This document shows, one piece after another, positions 27,711 through 42,959 of a DNA stretch of 64,000 bases (within the stretch, counting starts at the first letter, position 1; each line of letters begins with the position of its first letter). The notes under the pieces were generated by a model that saw nothing but the letters and a program-made list of their open reading frames with translations, was not told where the DNA came from and made no database searches. This stretch comes from Octopus sinensis (Eukaryota). The stretch spans positions 17,546,001 through 17,610,000 of the forward strand of contig NC_042998.1 of NCBI RefSeq assembly GCF_006345805.1, written 5' to 3'. Both the position numbers and the translations under genes were made by a program.

Positions 27711-29706
27711 TAATTATTTTATTAGCTAAGTCTATCTCTCATTTTCTGGAAACACTTTTAAAGTTCATTTTTTACTATCTTGACACCGCCAATTCATCGT
27801 AAACAGCATTCTCTCTGCTTGTTTCGGAAATAAAACTAGAATCAGCTTCTTTATTTCTCATTCATTTCTTGCGTTCTGACATTTTTGGTTTCCTACAAGC
27901 GGGTTCCATAAACTTACCAACCACTGACCAATTACGATCATTATTTTACTTCCGTTCAATAAACGTATTGCTATATTTGTGTTTCAAAGGCCCTTTATTT
28001 GTTTCGTCTTTGGCTTGTATTATCCGGTATTATTACAAGGAGATGCAAGCACATTAGTTTATGCATAATAACCTATATATTTATATTACAAAGTCTTCAA
28101 AAGCCGACGTTAGAGAATAATACCTTGATATAAATATTTCATCTTAAGTTATAACATTTTCATTCGGTAACTTTGTGCTATCAAGCATATTTCGAAAAGA
28201 AAAATAACTTGCTTGAAAGAAATGTTGCTTTTGTTGTATATTAGAACTACTAATTCCCAGAGAAAACCTTAAGCTTTCTTTCATTTTCTCTTGTGTCCTG
28301 CTTTGATTATCAGTTATATACAAGAATAACAACGATTGTATATTCTTAATATCTAATTCATCTACAAAGTTGACCGAATTTTTTTCTTTCTATTTCAATA
28401 GTGCTTTATCTTAAGTCAGTATTCTAATGTATGCGTATAGTATATGCCAGCCTTTTTCAACTTGTACATTTGTAGAATGATAAATGGTACAATGCAAGTA
28501 AATTTGAACTTCTCAGTTGGTTTTGGAATAACTTTCCCTTATTAGTAGCAATACTGGAATTATATCTTCTCGACAAAATTGATTCCTAGATAAACGCAGC
28601 ATACAGGAATTTTAACCAAGCTCCATATGATTTAGCCATGCGCATAACTGTTTTGGAACAGCGGCACACTCTTTCCATAGAATAAAACCGAAGATGCGCG
28701 TATGCCTGTGCTTATATGTGTGTATATTTATAGATATGTATGTGCACACATATACATATATGCACACACACACACGCACACACGTATATATACATATACA
28801 TATACATACATATATATATAAGTGTGTGTGTGTGTGGGTATGTATGTATGTATCTATGTATCTATGTATCTATGTATCTATGTATCTATGTATGTATATC
28901 TGTGTGTATGGGTGTGTATACATATATGTATGTATGGTTGTTTATTTAGAAATAAAGAAAGCTAATCGTTATACGTCTTAGAATATGTATTTATTACAGG
29001 TTCTCTGGCGCGAAGCACACTCATGGTTGACTGGGCAATATTTGGTGAATTTATGTACATGTCAATTTTGTTTTCTCTCAGTTTTGCGTAGGTCTGGTAG
29101 CCGAAAACGTGGTAGACGACTAATATTTATTCTGCGTATGTGAAAAAGCTACATGCGAAGTTCGTGACTCATGTGTTGAATGAGAATCATCATAATTCTG
29201 CGTAACCTTATTAGTTTGAATGCAAGGTATCTTATTTCTAACAGAAATGCTTTAACTTTTTTCATGATATATTACTAAACATTCAATAATTCACCGCGAA
29301 TTTCAATAACTTTATTGTATTTCAACCGTTTCCATCAAGAATTTATCTTTTTAAATGCATATGTAATATATATCAATGCATATTGAAGAAATATGCGATG
29401 TGATTCGTTATAAAATACTTTTACTTGTTCAGTCATTGGATTGCAGCCATGCATGGACACCAACTTGATTCGTTTAGTGGAACGAATCGATCCCAGTTCT
29501 CATTTTTTAAAGCCTGGTACTTATTCGATTAAGGGATTGCTGCCGAAACGCGAGGTTACGTTCACTTAAAAAATATGACAGCGGTTGTCAGGCGTTTATG
29601 GGAGGCAAACACGAATATAAAGACACACACGCACGCACACACACCACACAGTCCATATATATAGATGCGTGTATATATGTAAATCTATGAATATGGATAT
29701 ATATGA

Positions 29707-29772
<66 letters not shown>

Positions 29773-29776
29773 TACA

Positions 29777-29833
<57 letters not shown>

Positions 29834-29932
29834 ATATATAGTAGATAGATAGATAGATAGATAGACAGATAGATAGATAGATAGATAGATAGATATACAC
29901 AGATAGATAGATATATATATATATATATATAT

Positions 29933-30003
<71 letters not shown>

Positions 30004-30013
30004 TGATAGATAG

Positions 30014-30073
<60 letters not shown>

Positions 30074-30156
30074 TATATATGTGCTATTAAGGTGGTGCTA
30101 TTAAGTTAGACATGGCCTGGGCCAATAATGGCCGAAACCTATCAAAGTATCAAGTA

Positions 30157-30205
<49 letters not shown>

Positions 30206-30290
30206 TAGATAGATAGATAGATAGAGAGATAGATAGATAGATAGATAGATAGACAGACAGATATATTATATAGAGAGAGCGAGATAGATT

Positions 30291-30327
<37 letters not shown>

Positions 30328-30332
30328 TAGAT

Positions 30333-30374
<42 letters not shown>

Positions 30375-30396
30375 AGAGTTAAGGAGCGGAGTACAT

Positions 30397-30489
30397 AAGA
30401 TCCAGGGTTAGGCTACATAAGTTTCGCAGCGAGTGGAAAATATCCAAGCGAGCTGTTTACCGGGCTACTCTTCAGGCGAAAGATATCTT
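30397..30489 (-). ncRNA. Hammerhead ribozyme motif with extended stem II
   Basis: GC-CTGAAGA-GTAGC...GCTGC-GAAAC ttat GTA^GC, with distal AAGAT/ATCTT pairing. Sits in a ~150-bp island between microsatellites. Confidence 0.55.
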
Positions 30490-32396
30490 GATTAAATGAA
30501 AGTTTTCATTGTCGCAAGCAGGTAATATTATATGCGTGTGTGTGTGTGTGTGTGTGTGTGTATACACATATATATAATATATCTATTTATATATATGTAT
30601 GTATGTATGTATGTATATATGGATGTATGTATGTATGTATGTATGTAAGTATGTATGTATGTATGTATACATGTATATATAATCCTGTCAGAGCGCTTTG
30701 GTTGACCCGATGCCATAGTAGGAAACACTTGTGTTGCAGTGGGACGTATATGGTAGGAACGCAAACTCCTTACCACAAAGCATGCATGCCCTTATACTAT
30801 ATGTGTTGAAGTACCGTAAGAAGATCTCCAATATATTTTTGTCATAATTTTAATTGAATTAGAAAATCGTTTTGATTTCTATTTTATCATTGAAGGTCAC
30901 GACTGTTTATTAAGAAATTTATAAATGTATTTTTTTCGAAAATCTCCTGCATTGTGTATATATAATCTATACCAACCTTTAAGTGGTATAGATTATATAC
31001 AAGCGGTAATTTTCACCGTTAACACTAAACCCAATGTTTAGTCGTATATACATTACCCTAAATCTAAAGCGAAAATGTTTAGCATTTCTAATGCACCTAA
31101 TATTATGTGTTGTCCCTAGAATGAGAAATGAAAATTGATGATCCTCAAACATTAGCAGTAAATATTAGCAGTAAATCCATTTACAGCAAATCAATAGAAT
31201 CAGCTCTATGCTTTTCTTTTTCTTCTGTTCTTGTTTGATTGTGAGATACGCAGTGATATACTTCGTATAATCGGAGAATAATCCTTGACCAGTCGCATTA
31301 CTGACTGCATGAGTTCAATCTAATAGAGAGGCTTTCCCAAACTGTTGTGGACCATGCTCTTTTCCCGAACTGCTGCCAACAACTATGAGTTGATTAATTG
31401 GGTTATTGTTCTGTGAGATTCGTTTCTGCAAGGGATGTGAAATGACATGCTAAAGAGTATAGTTTCAATCGTTCACAGAAGTATTTCTAAAGGGTTGGGA
31501 ATGAAATAAGTGTTGACACAGATAGCTAGCATATAACCTACTCTCAGCAGAGCCATATTATTTGGCAGGTGAAGGTGTTGAATTCGAGATGAGGTATTGG
31601 TCGGGCAGGTGGATAGCTGCATAAATGTTTTGGGAGTAGTTTGGTCGGGAAGATAAAATGATTACAATGCTATATGGATTATGTTGTGCCGGCCAATAAG
31701 GTGTATGATGGATGAGGCTAACTGTTATAGATATTTTACTAATGCAGACATTTCGCTTCTTACGTTGGCGGGTAATTTATTGGAAGAATATGATAGATAT
31801 AAAGAGTTGTGAGCAATGGCAAAACTGAGAAAGATATTTTCACTGAGGGGAAATATAATATGGATATCATCGTGGTAGAAACAGACGCAGTCGAAGTAAT
31901 GTAGCTGTGATGTTAGAGTAACGGAGAGAAACTGAACCGGAGTAACTGGCAGTATTTCTAAAATGGTATCCAGGTTACATAGATGAATGATTGAAAGCAT
32001 TGAGTTTGTATATTCGCCGATAATACTTTTTTATTGTGAAGTATGAACATCACAGAAGGGTTCGAGAATTACTTTCTCCAAAAGAAACTGGATGTGTAAT
32101 TTTCTAAAAGCTAACCAATCTCAAGTATACGTAGCGGAAAATCGTATAGATATGATAACCTATCTAACCGTCCAGTGCACTGTTTATTTCTTATACACGC
32201 TACTAACAATTTCTGTTCATAAATGGATTCGGTTACAAAATGTTCCCATGCTGAGTGAAAGTTATAACTTTGAAGTTCGTTCGCACAACCCTTCTGGTAG
32301 ATATTTTAGCCAATTCTGAATAATGAAAGACATGTGTGTGTACGTATGTCTGCCAGTGTGTGTTTGTAAGTGTGTCTGTGTGTATGTATGCTTGTG

Positions 32397-32449
<53 letters not shown>

Positions 32450-32503
32450 TTGTGTATAAATACAGATATATATACATATATATATGTATATATATATATA
32501 TAC

Positions 32504-32537
<34 letters not shown>

Positions 32538-33612
32538 TTATGTGTGAGCTTGTGAGTGTGTGTGTGTCTGTATGTGTTTGTATGTGGGTGTGTATCTGTG
32601 TATATACCTTTTGTGCTAAAATCTGTCTGTGTATTATTCATATAAGGCTAATCCCGGGGAAAGTGTACAATGCGTATTATTTCGTTTACTTCCCGTAAGC
32701 ACACGTTAAAAGATATCACCAAAAGTCCTATATCAGCCACCAATTGCTGGTATGTACTTCAATACGCATCGTGTAACCATTGCATTAATTGTAAAACGAT
32801 GAAAAAGATCTCGGAGTTAATGTTATTTGATCTCAGTATGTACATTGTAGTATCTATATGACTACATATTAATACTTCCCAATATTTTTTTTTTTCGTAG
32901 AGAGAGTTTGAGAGAGGGGAAAAAATACAGAACTCCCGAGAACGATAAATTACCAAGCAATAATCCACGCTTCGCTTTATTGTATTTAAGCTCCAGTTTC
33001 ATATGTACAGTTAAATTACATAGGTATAAAATACATTACGTATCTATGATCCCGTGAGTAATGCTTTTACTTATAACGACCATCTGCAAATCATTTTAAT
33101 TTCTCCCGACTACAATATTCAAGAACAATTATTGCTAATCAAATCAATTTGTTGCTTAGTTACGATAAAGGCACTTGGAATTTATTGACCTTGGTAAATA
33201 AAATACAATTTATTACTTTTCGTTTGTCCCTCATTAATTCACAGTTTATTGATTTACAAGTGCGTTGTGTTGCTTTGTTGTTGTTTTTTTTATAGGAAAA
33301 GATAAAACTCGTTTTATTCACTTCATTATTAATTTATTATTTAATATACTTAAATATTAAATTTTATTCAAAGTCGATTTCCCAATACTTTTTTCATATT
33401 CAAATAAGTTTAATATTTGGAATAATATCCCATTGGACATAGCATTGAATTATACGTAATTGATAAATGTTGCTTCATTATACAGCCGACTTAGAATTCC
33501 ATATTGTAGATATGATACTTTAACATATAGTAGGATTAAATAGTTTGACATTCGCTGTACCTTTTACATGTTTACTTATATATGTATATACGCATATACA
33601 TATGTATATTTG

Positions 33613-33672
<60 letters not shown>

Positions 33673-35558
33673 AGTGTACTTTAATGTCTATATAAATCTT
33701 ATTTATTCATCCCTCTATGAGCTCCTGAGCGCTCGCGCGTGTATGTGTGTGTCTATCTCTGTCTCTGTGTGTGTGAGCATGTGTGTTTATATGTGTGTGT
33801 ATTAGTACGCTGGTTCTATAGGCTAAACGTTTAATTTGAGCCTGTCAAATCAGATTCACATAAATAGCTATCATGAAGAGATGCATCTCACAATAGTAAA
33901 CCGTTATCTACTATAGGGAGTGCTTAATTTTTTTTTATACTGCACTGTTATTAACATCGATATATTTTATGCATGTATTTTTCTGGAACCAATGTATCTG
34001 ATACCGCATTGCATAGCGCATGTAATAAGGAAATATATTAGGAAATGTCTTAGGAACTAAGGCGCTTGTAAAAATTACACCTAATATTTGTCAATTTATC
34101 CTAAATATTCTACATGTGTATGTAGCCAAAAACACAAATCCAGTAAATGTAACATATAACTGCAGATTATCAAAGATGCATTCTACCTAATTGTGTGTTA
34201 ACTACGATTAGCCGAAAGATTTATGTTTAGAACGAGTAGAAGAGGAAACTGTTTCAAAGTAGTAACGAGATTACCATATGGTTCTGCTGGCAGAAGGTAA
34301 AAGATTAGGCCAAATCCATTTTTTAAAAAGTGATCCTTTCGTTAAACATAGCTTACATTTAAAATAATGTATCAATCAAGTGAGCTGACAGTTTTCATGA
34401 GATAGGTGTCTCAGATACATTTTTTTATCGATAGAATGGTATTTTATATTTCATTTGTGATCGATAATATAACATTCAAACACTGATCTCAATTCCTAAA
34501 ATACATAGTTTCTAAATATGAAAACCATGCCGAATGTAAATTGAAGATCCTGTGATTCCAATTTAATTTAAATATATAAAATGCTACATCTTGTGCGAAG
34601 ATGTTTTCTTTTATTTTTTTGTTCTTTGGAAGGAGACATAAGTGAATATTTCATAGTGAGGAGACGAGTAAGAATTGTGAATGACCACATAGATGGATTA
34701 ATAGACATGTTGGTGTCTAGCAGGGTCGTGTCAGTAGAGTATCAGAGAGGCGGACATGATGTGTCAGATAAAAATGGGTGCCGCAGAAAAATAGAGCAAT
34801 GAAAATTACATAAAATTTGGAGAGGTAGAAAGATATTGCAACAAAGTGCAAATAACGTAAGTACTGAGAGTAAGTAAATAACAAGGGGAGTGATAGTTGA
34901 TGGTTTCAGTAAAGTGAGATTCTCGTATACGATACAAAGTCGGGAATAGGTTAGAGAAATAACGAAAACAATGGGTGGATGCAAAATTTAAATGGGATGA
35001 GTATACACACGCACCCACAGACACACACACACACGCATACAAACACACATATGTCTATATATATTTATTCACATATACTCCACTCCACTACATGCTTCAG
35101 CCCCAGGGTCGTGGCCATGTTTGGGCACGGCACGTGGATATATATATATATATTATATATATATATATATATATATGCGCATATGCATGTGTGTATTTGC
35201 ATAGACATACAAACACAAACACACACATCAACGTATATATATATACAATATGTGTGTGTGTGTGTGTGTGTGTGTGTATACATCCATACATAGTCACATG
35301 GAGTTATGTTTAGCACGTTCGAGAGCACCGGAGTCGAAAAGATATCACATATATCTAGAAAGCAAATATTTCGCCCGGAAAAATTACCGGAGTGGAAGAT
35401 CTTCCCACGTTCCCACACCCTCCAGCGTGTTAAATGTGAATTTAACCCCCCCCCCACACACACACACGCATACAAACATATATATATATATATATACATA
35501 TATATACATATATACATATATGTACTTATATATGTGTGTATATATATATATATGTATG

Positions 35559-35697
<139 letters not shown>

Positions 35698-36679
35698 TAT
35701 ATATTCACAGAAAAATGTATAGGAATGTAGTAAGCATACTGTCAATTTTACAGGTTTTCACCCTAGCATTATACAAGAATTATAATTGAAATACATTTTT
35801 GCGAAATGGCAGGAGAAAACTTCGCAATACTTCATGCGTTTACTTGAGATATATATCGTTGTTATTATAGTTTCGAAATGCAAAATATTATGCTGCATGT
35901 TTGATAGTTGACACGTTAGCGGCCCTGATCCTATCCTCGTCCTTCTGCAGTAAATTTAAGATATCATATTTAGCTCAATGGTTCAATTCACACAGCTCCG
36001 CAAATGTATGGTTGGTGATATAATTCAGCGGTGTCCATTGCAAATTCATCGTCATATTTTATAAACTTAGAATGTCAAATTCAGATATTCTAACTGGAGT
36101 AAATAAATACAAAAGAATAACATCCTGTCTGTATATATATGAACTAATGCCTGATAATACTACGAAACTGAGATTCCATCATCTTCCATATGAACCGTTG
36201 TTTTTGAGCAATGAAATACAGCTTCATTCTATATAATAATGTTTTATATATACATAGATATATGTGTAATTTCTGTGTGCGTACGTGTGTGTGTGTGTGT
36301 GAGTGTGTGTGTGTGTGTATGTGTGTGTGTGCATGCCTATATGTGTGTAAATATACATCCCCACAACACCACATCTATAGTAATGGCTGCTGTTATGCAG
36401 GTGTATCACAGAATAATCAGAGAAGAAATCTTATCGACAACTTATGCACATTCTTTTTTCAAATACATTTGGTTTTTCTACAACAGAATTGTTTTTATCA
36501 AATTATCAAACACCAGATATGTCCTCAAATATTCCTCGTACTCCGTATATTCATATGCATACACCATACACATAGATTTTTGTGCAGTTTTACAGACGTC
36601 AAGAATGTTGGAGTCGGTAACGGTGTTAAAGATTCATTTCGATAGACGTTAGAATATACTGGTTTCGGATTTTCGCGCA

Positions 36680-36865
36680 AGGCCAGCAAATTCGGGGAAG
36701 GGAGTTAAGTTGATCACATCGACACTAGTGCTCAACTGGTATTTATCTTATTTCCACTCACCCAAAGAATGAAAGACAAAGTCGACCCGGGCGGAATTAG
36801 AACTCAGAACGTAAAGACGGGCGAAATTCTACTAAGCATTTTGTCTGGCATGCTAACCATTCCAC
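36680..36865 (-). mobile_element. SINE family A copy
   Basis: Plus-strand AAAGTCGACCCGGGCGGAATTAGAACTCAGAACGTAAAGACGGGCGAAAT is the reverse complement of the family A head. Confidence 0.75.
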
Positions 36866-36893
36866 CACCTCACTACCTTCATGCAAGTGTATA

Positions 36894-37990
36894 CAGGGTG
36901 CGTAAGAAATTTGAGGACGGATTTATATTTATAAAAAGAAAGAGATATATAATAACAGATCACTTTATTTATCAAAATGTGCTATGAGGATAAATGTTAT
37001 TAACCTTCAGCTTCAACAACTGCTTCTACATAAGATCTACATCACGTAAATGCTCGAATCAAGTGGTCTTGGTTCATTTTTGCTATGGCAGCTTTCAAAG
37101 AATCTTTGGTGTAATGGGCGCGTAATGGACATGTAATAGTCCATTGGATTGAGATCTGAGGAATTAGGAGGCCAAATATTAGAAGTTATGTGATCAGAAG
37201 AAATTTCATCCATCCATTCTTGTGTTACTAGAGCCATGCGTGTTAGTGCAGAGTCTTACTGCAACATATATAGTTCTCCATTGCATTCAGTTCTATCCAG
37301 GACTTAACAATTGTTTCCAGGACCTCAATGTAGGCGGCAGAGTTAACTCTAAGGTCTTGTGGAAAGAAGTGAAGAGGCATCACATTTCCTTTATTGCTGA
37401 CAACCCCCAAACCATGACAGCTGCCGGAAATTTTGTCTGCATAACACTTGGAACTTCAGAATGGTCTATATATAACCATCTGTCAGTTCTTCTGTTGACT
37501 TTTTGATCTTGGCCGAAGTTTTTCTCGTTTGAGTAAAACCAGATCAAATATTCTTCTGGATTCTTCAGCTTTTTTAAGATCCTTTTATATCTGATGTAGT
37601 GATTTTCTTTTACCTTTTCTAACATAAATTGCATTTTCCTGATCATAGAAAACATATATGACGACTTCGTAGATAATATTTCCGACTGTTACTTCTGAGA
37701 CATAGAGATCTTTTGTAATTAACCTCATGGACTTTCTGTGATTGTAATCAAAAGCCTGTTGAACTTGCTGGATAAATTCAGGTGTTCTGATGATTTCAAA
37801 GCGTTTAGAATGCATTTTATTCGTTGATACTGGCGATACATTTCCATCTTCAGTCTCTAACTCCTTACGAACTGTGTAGACGAGATATTTCTAAATCGCT
37901 ATGTTCAGCATTTATAACCACAATAACAGCACGCCTCTTCAGTTCTTAAGTAGGATGAGGGTCTGTCATTATTTTTTTCTGAAACAAAGA
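36894..37990 (-). mobile_element. Decayed Tc1/mariner-superfamily transposon (maT/DD37D-like)
   Basis: Motifs WFYSNEKNF, TKFPAAVMVWG and WPPNSSDLNPMDY on the minus strand. TA|CAGGGTG terminus at 36892-36900. The other TIR was not found. Confidence 0.8.
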
Positions 37991-39247
37991 TTATAAAGCG
38001 TTAGCAAATTATGCAGCATGACCAAGAAAAATGTATGTACCTTATATTTGTACGGAAATGCTGTCCTATTCAGCTAGTACTTTTCTATAAGGAAATTTTG
38101 TTTAATTCTCTTGTACATATATTTTAATTCAAATATATAGGTTTGTATTATATATTTGAGTGTATATGATGTAAAATACGCTCGCTTAGTAGAAAACAGA
38201 GTTCAAGATTATTAACATCCATTTTTTGAGACATATCGGAGTATCGCTGTACCGTACACAACACTTGTGCACACTCTACATTACTACAATAACATTTCGG
38301 ACGATCTTCAAAATCCAGTGGCTGGAAGTTACTGAACGCAAGTCGGCATTGACTCATAATTTATCAGCTTATTCGACTGAAATGCAATTTGTCGCAGATA
38401 TAAATATACAAAAGAAAAAGGCAAATATCTACTCTCAATGTTCGTAACTGAAAACTATATTCTTTTACTTAAAGTTAAATGAAGACAGCTCAAATGCATG
38501 ATAACCATTTATATGTCATCGCATCGAAAATCATGATGACACCATGTGATTTACCTGATAACTAATTCGAATTTGATACATCAGCGCAAAATAAAATACT
38601 GGACAAATACTATCAACATTATTTCTTAAAGAATTAGATTTATTTATGATCCTCGTATCTACTCGTTCCTCAAACGTAGCACGCGTGAGTTTTCCACTTC
38701 AGTACACCTGTCCATCGATACATTGAATCATTAATTTCACTTTATTGTCTAATATACAATTTTGAAATGAATTATAGATTCTTGTAAAATAAAATAATAG
38801 ATGTTTTAAACTTAATTTATGATAGGAATCGCTTAAGAGGTAATAAATATTAATGTCACGATAAAGGGTTTTGTTTTCGGAAACACAAACAAACTATAAC
38901 AAGAATTTATGTTGGACTTCTTTAAAGTGATACTACGAATTTTATATGGCTTCTCTTCGCATCATTCTGTTTTATTTATACTCATGAGATGGCACTTCCC
39001 AGTCAGTAAATGCTTATGGAAATTAATGAATATAAAATGTCTTCTAAATATCGAATGTGAATTATTTTTGTCGTTAAATTTATAAAGAAATGTATTATAA
39101 TAGCAATAATAGCAATTTATATGATAGGACATATGGTATCAAGAAATAAAATTTTCTAGATTTTTTTAATCATTTCTAATTATAATCGTTAAATACTTAT
39201 ATGTATTTATCTGTGTGCGTGTGTATACATTCGCGCGCGCACGAATG

Positions 39248-39323
<76 letters not shown>

Positions 39324-40427
39324 AAATAAGAGATAATGGAAATACTTTAAGACATCTTTAATAGTCAGTTACACTTGTTTCTGTATTAACTCTGTTTTCG
39401 GCGACAGTTCGCACCAGTTCACGCAAAATTACCGGTGAAAATTTACAAAATATTTCTGTCTTGAAACATTAGAGGGACCAGGGACGGCGCATGAGTTTTA
39501 GTGGCCTCTTGCAAATTATTGTTTCGAGGCCCCAATCCCTTCAATCAAAATTCATAATCTACGTACCTTTTATTCACAGCTATATTTTGCTTTATTCTAT
39601 CTGAAGATTAATATTTCACGAAATCCTAAAGAATATCTTTAAAAGTACAGTAAGTTAAATTTATTTCATTTTTAGGAAGGCCAACATTTGATAAGGTTGA
39701 ATATTTGTTCGATGGACTCACACAAATATCAGAAGACAACCATTTCAAAATAACAACTGTGAAGTATTCTTGTCTCAGTTTTTGCATGCGTAAAACTTTC
39801 TTCATGAATATTAAAATACAAAATAATTTTAGTCCAAAACAAAAGCAAGCTATTGCCAATTATATATTTTTGAAAATTAGACGTGAATGATTATAAGACT
39901 TGATAACAGTCGAAAAAGCCTTTCTTGATTGTATATTTCAATGTTAGCTGCTGCAATATTTCGATTGGATACACAATTCTGCAATTCAAATTGTAATGTC
40001 AAAATATCAAAGATGCACAATATGAAGAATTTCTTACCTTTCTCTGAAATCGTAAATTCAAGGGAAAAATAGTACCTTGCAAAGTAAAATACCTCGATCA
40101 CAAACTAGTTATTACTGAAGAATTGAGATGCTTGGTGACAGTGAGCGAACAATATCTGTATCTCTATTTATGCACATAGATAGATATACAACACACCCAT
40201 ACATACACACAGAGAAACGTCTGCATGTGTGTGCGCGCACGTGTGTGTGTGTGTGTATGTGTGTGTATGTGTGTGTTTGGGAGTGTGCACGCGCGTCCAC
40301 CTTGCTTTTGGTACAGAAAGAATTTTGCCTTCAGTTTTTATTGCGTAAAGAGGTTAAAAGTCACTGTTCTGGGTACAAAGTGAGCAGCTTTTCAACACTT
40401 CAAATACCACTGCCGTATATATATATA

Positions 40428-40485
<58 letters not shown>

Positions 40486-40494
40486 ATATATATA

Positions 40495-40599
40495 GTTAAT
40501 CCAAACAACAAAGCACAAAAAAAACACAACAATGCGAGACGTGGAGCAAATATAGTATTATTGGACGCCCAGGAAAGAAGGAAATAAAGAGGGTTTAAC
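40495..40599 (-). mobile_element. Truncated PLE pLTR end
   Basis: TATAGTATTATTGGACGCCCAGGAAA...TTTAAC aligns with 43848-43893. Inserted in (TA)n. Confidence 0.55.
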
Positions 40600-40607
40600 A
40601 TATGTAT

Positions 40608-40663
<56 letters not shown>

Positions 40664-40670
40664 ATATATC

Positions 40671-40703
<33 letters not shown>

Positions 40704-40748
40704 CATATACATATATATGTATATATATATATATAGATATATATATAT

Positions 40749-40813
<65 letters not shown>

Positions 40814-42651
40814 AAGAGAGGGAAAAACGAAGAGAGAAAGAGGGAGAAACAGAGAGGCTACGAGATGTTTGTGTCTGGTACACGTCTGTCTATCTATTTA
40901 TCGATCCGAGCTGGCCAAAGCCTTGTGAAAGGATTTGGTAGACGGAAACAGAAATAAGCCCGTCGTATATATGTTTGTGTATGTGTATGTATGTATGTTG
41001 TATGTATGTATGTATGTATGTATGTATGTATGTATATATGTATGTATGTGTGTACGTATGTATGTATGTTTGTACGTATGCCTGTGTGTATGTGTGTATG
41101 TATGTATGTGTGTACGTATGCCTGTATGTATGTTTGTATGTAGGTATAAGTATACATCCCCCCTCTTATCTCATTGTCTTTTCTGTTGAAGTTCTAATTT
41201 CCATTGTTTTGGATTTCTTTCGTTCTTCTTTCATCTCTCGTTGACAAGCTTTTTTCATTTACTTCTTTCGTTTCTATTAAATTTATTTACGGCACACCTT
41301 CATATTTTCCCCCGCCTGGCTTGAAATGTTCAGTTAACGTCTTATCCAAGGTAAACTGATACCTTACCTATGTACTTTGATCTTAACGTGGGGCCCTTCA
41401 ACCGCAGATGTCCCCTGCGATTGCAGAGGTTTATTGACGGCCCTGAGAGGGGCACTTCTTCAGAACTACATTAAAAGCGTGCTCTTACATTGCTTATTTT
41501 CTAGACATTGTATTTTGCTTATATCGAGAAGAAGCAAAAAGCGAATTATGATGAAAATATGAAAGATAAAAATAGACAATTAATGTGTCAATACCGAAAC
41601 AGAGAAAAGTGTGGTTAGGGGATAAATAAGAAGACAAAGGAGAAAACGAGGAGGACGAAGGTGAAGAAGGAGAAGGAGAATGAGGATGAATAGAACAAGA
41701 ATTGGAAGAGAAAGAAAAGAGAGACGAAGAAATGAGGAAAGAGATGAGCAAAAAACGAATAGTTCGAAGGAAGGAGGATGATATTAACAATAACGAGTGT
41801 TCCCACAATAGCTAGTATCAAGTTACAATGGACAAGTCGATAGTAATTCTGACGTTGAACCATAAATTTCTAGTGGCAAAATAAGGAAATAAGAGAGAAG
41901 GAAGGCAGCTATTACCACGACAAGAATAATAATAATAATGAAAAGAAAATAAGAAAATAATAACAATACAACTATTTCTTCTAAGAATCGTAATAAAGAA
42001 AATAAAGTTAATATTTAAAATGATAATAATACGGATTTCTTAATTGGCCGCGGGGCCGAACTCAAAACAAAGACAATACAACACACGAGACAAATGAGGT
42101 TTGGAACAGTATCGATCATACAATAGATAACAATTTCCCAAAAGGGAAAAGCAACTTCACATGTGCTTCGGAGAACCTGATATACACACTAACCTGCTCT
42201 GGGTGTCAAGAGCAATACATAGGTCAAACAAAAAATAGTCTACGTAAAAGAATGGCCCTGCACAGATCCCAGATAAAAATTCCCTAAAACAGAACAATAG
42301 CATTCAGCTAAGACATAGACATTTGCGCCAACAACAAAAATCCAAGCTTCAGAATTTTTCCCCTCTACCAATTCCGGGACGATACAACCTGGAACCAACG
42401 AATTAGTAAAGATACCCTCTTTATTCCAAAATACAGGCCCCATCTTGTTTATATAACGACATATCCAACTCGGCTTCAGAAATTACACAAATACACACGC
42501 AAATATTAAAGATGGTACAGTCAAGAGATTCCCAAGAATTCATTAAAAAACAGTCCCAATCACTGCTATAATCCATAACGAGCAAATTTTGAGTCATTTA
42601 ACACTTCACTACTTTCACACTACGTACATTCATTCTTATTCTCCCTTCTCC

Positions 42652-42940
42652 TTAACGTCCGTTTTCCGTGCTAGCACGGTTGGACAGTTTGACAGGGGTC
42701 TGGGAAGCCAGGAGGCTGCACCAGGCTCCAGTCTGATCTGGCAGTGTTTCGACAGGTGGATGACCTTCCTAACGCCAACCGCTCTGTGAGCGTAGTGGGT
42801 GCTTTTTTCGCGCCGCCGGCACAATGCCAGGGGGGCTGGCAGCGGCCACGATCGGTTGGTGCTTTTTACGTGCTACCAGCACAGAAGCCAGTCAAGGCGG
42901 CGCTGCAATCTGCCACGTTCTGATGGTGCTTTTTACGTGC
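42652..42940 (-). mobile_element. RTE-associated interspersed repeat (SINE-like 3' part)
   Basis: Minus strand GGTTGGCGTTAGGAAGGTCATCCA...GCTAGCACGGAAAACGGACGTTA resembles motifs I recall from RTE-linked repeats. Confidence 0.5.
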
Positions 42941-42959
42941 TGAGAGGAAGCAACAGAAA

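Noticed and set aside
29000-29226. Possible plus-strand small exons (AG...GT signals)
   Set aside because: Splice-like motifs only, with no recognisable peptide or partner exons.
31300-31960. Another PLE ORF remnant
   Set aside because: Only composition and very faint motifs. Too decayed to call.
41368-41470. GC-richer minus-strand candidate exon ending in AG|GTAAGG
   Set aside because: About 100 nt with no recognisable homology. Cannot be supported without RNA-seq.
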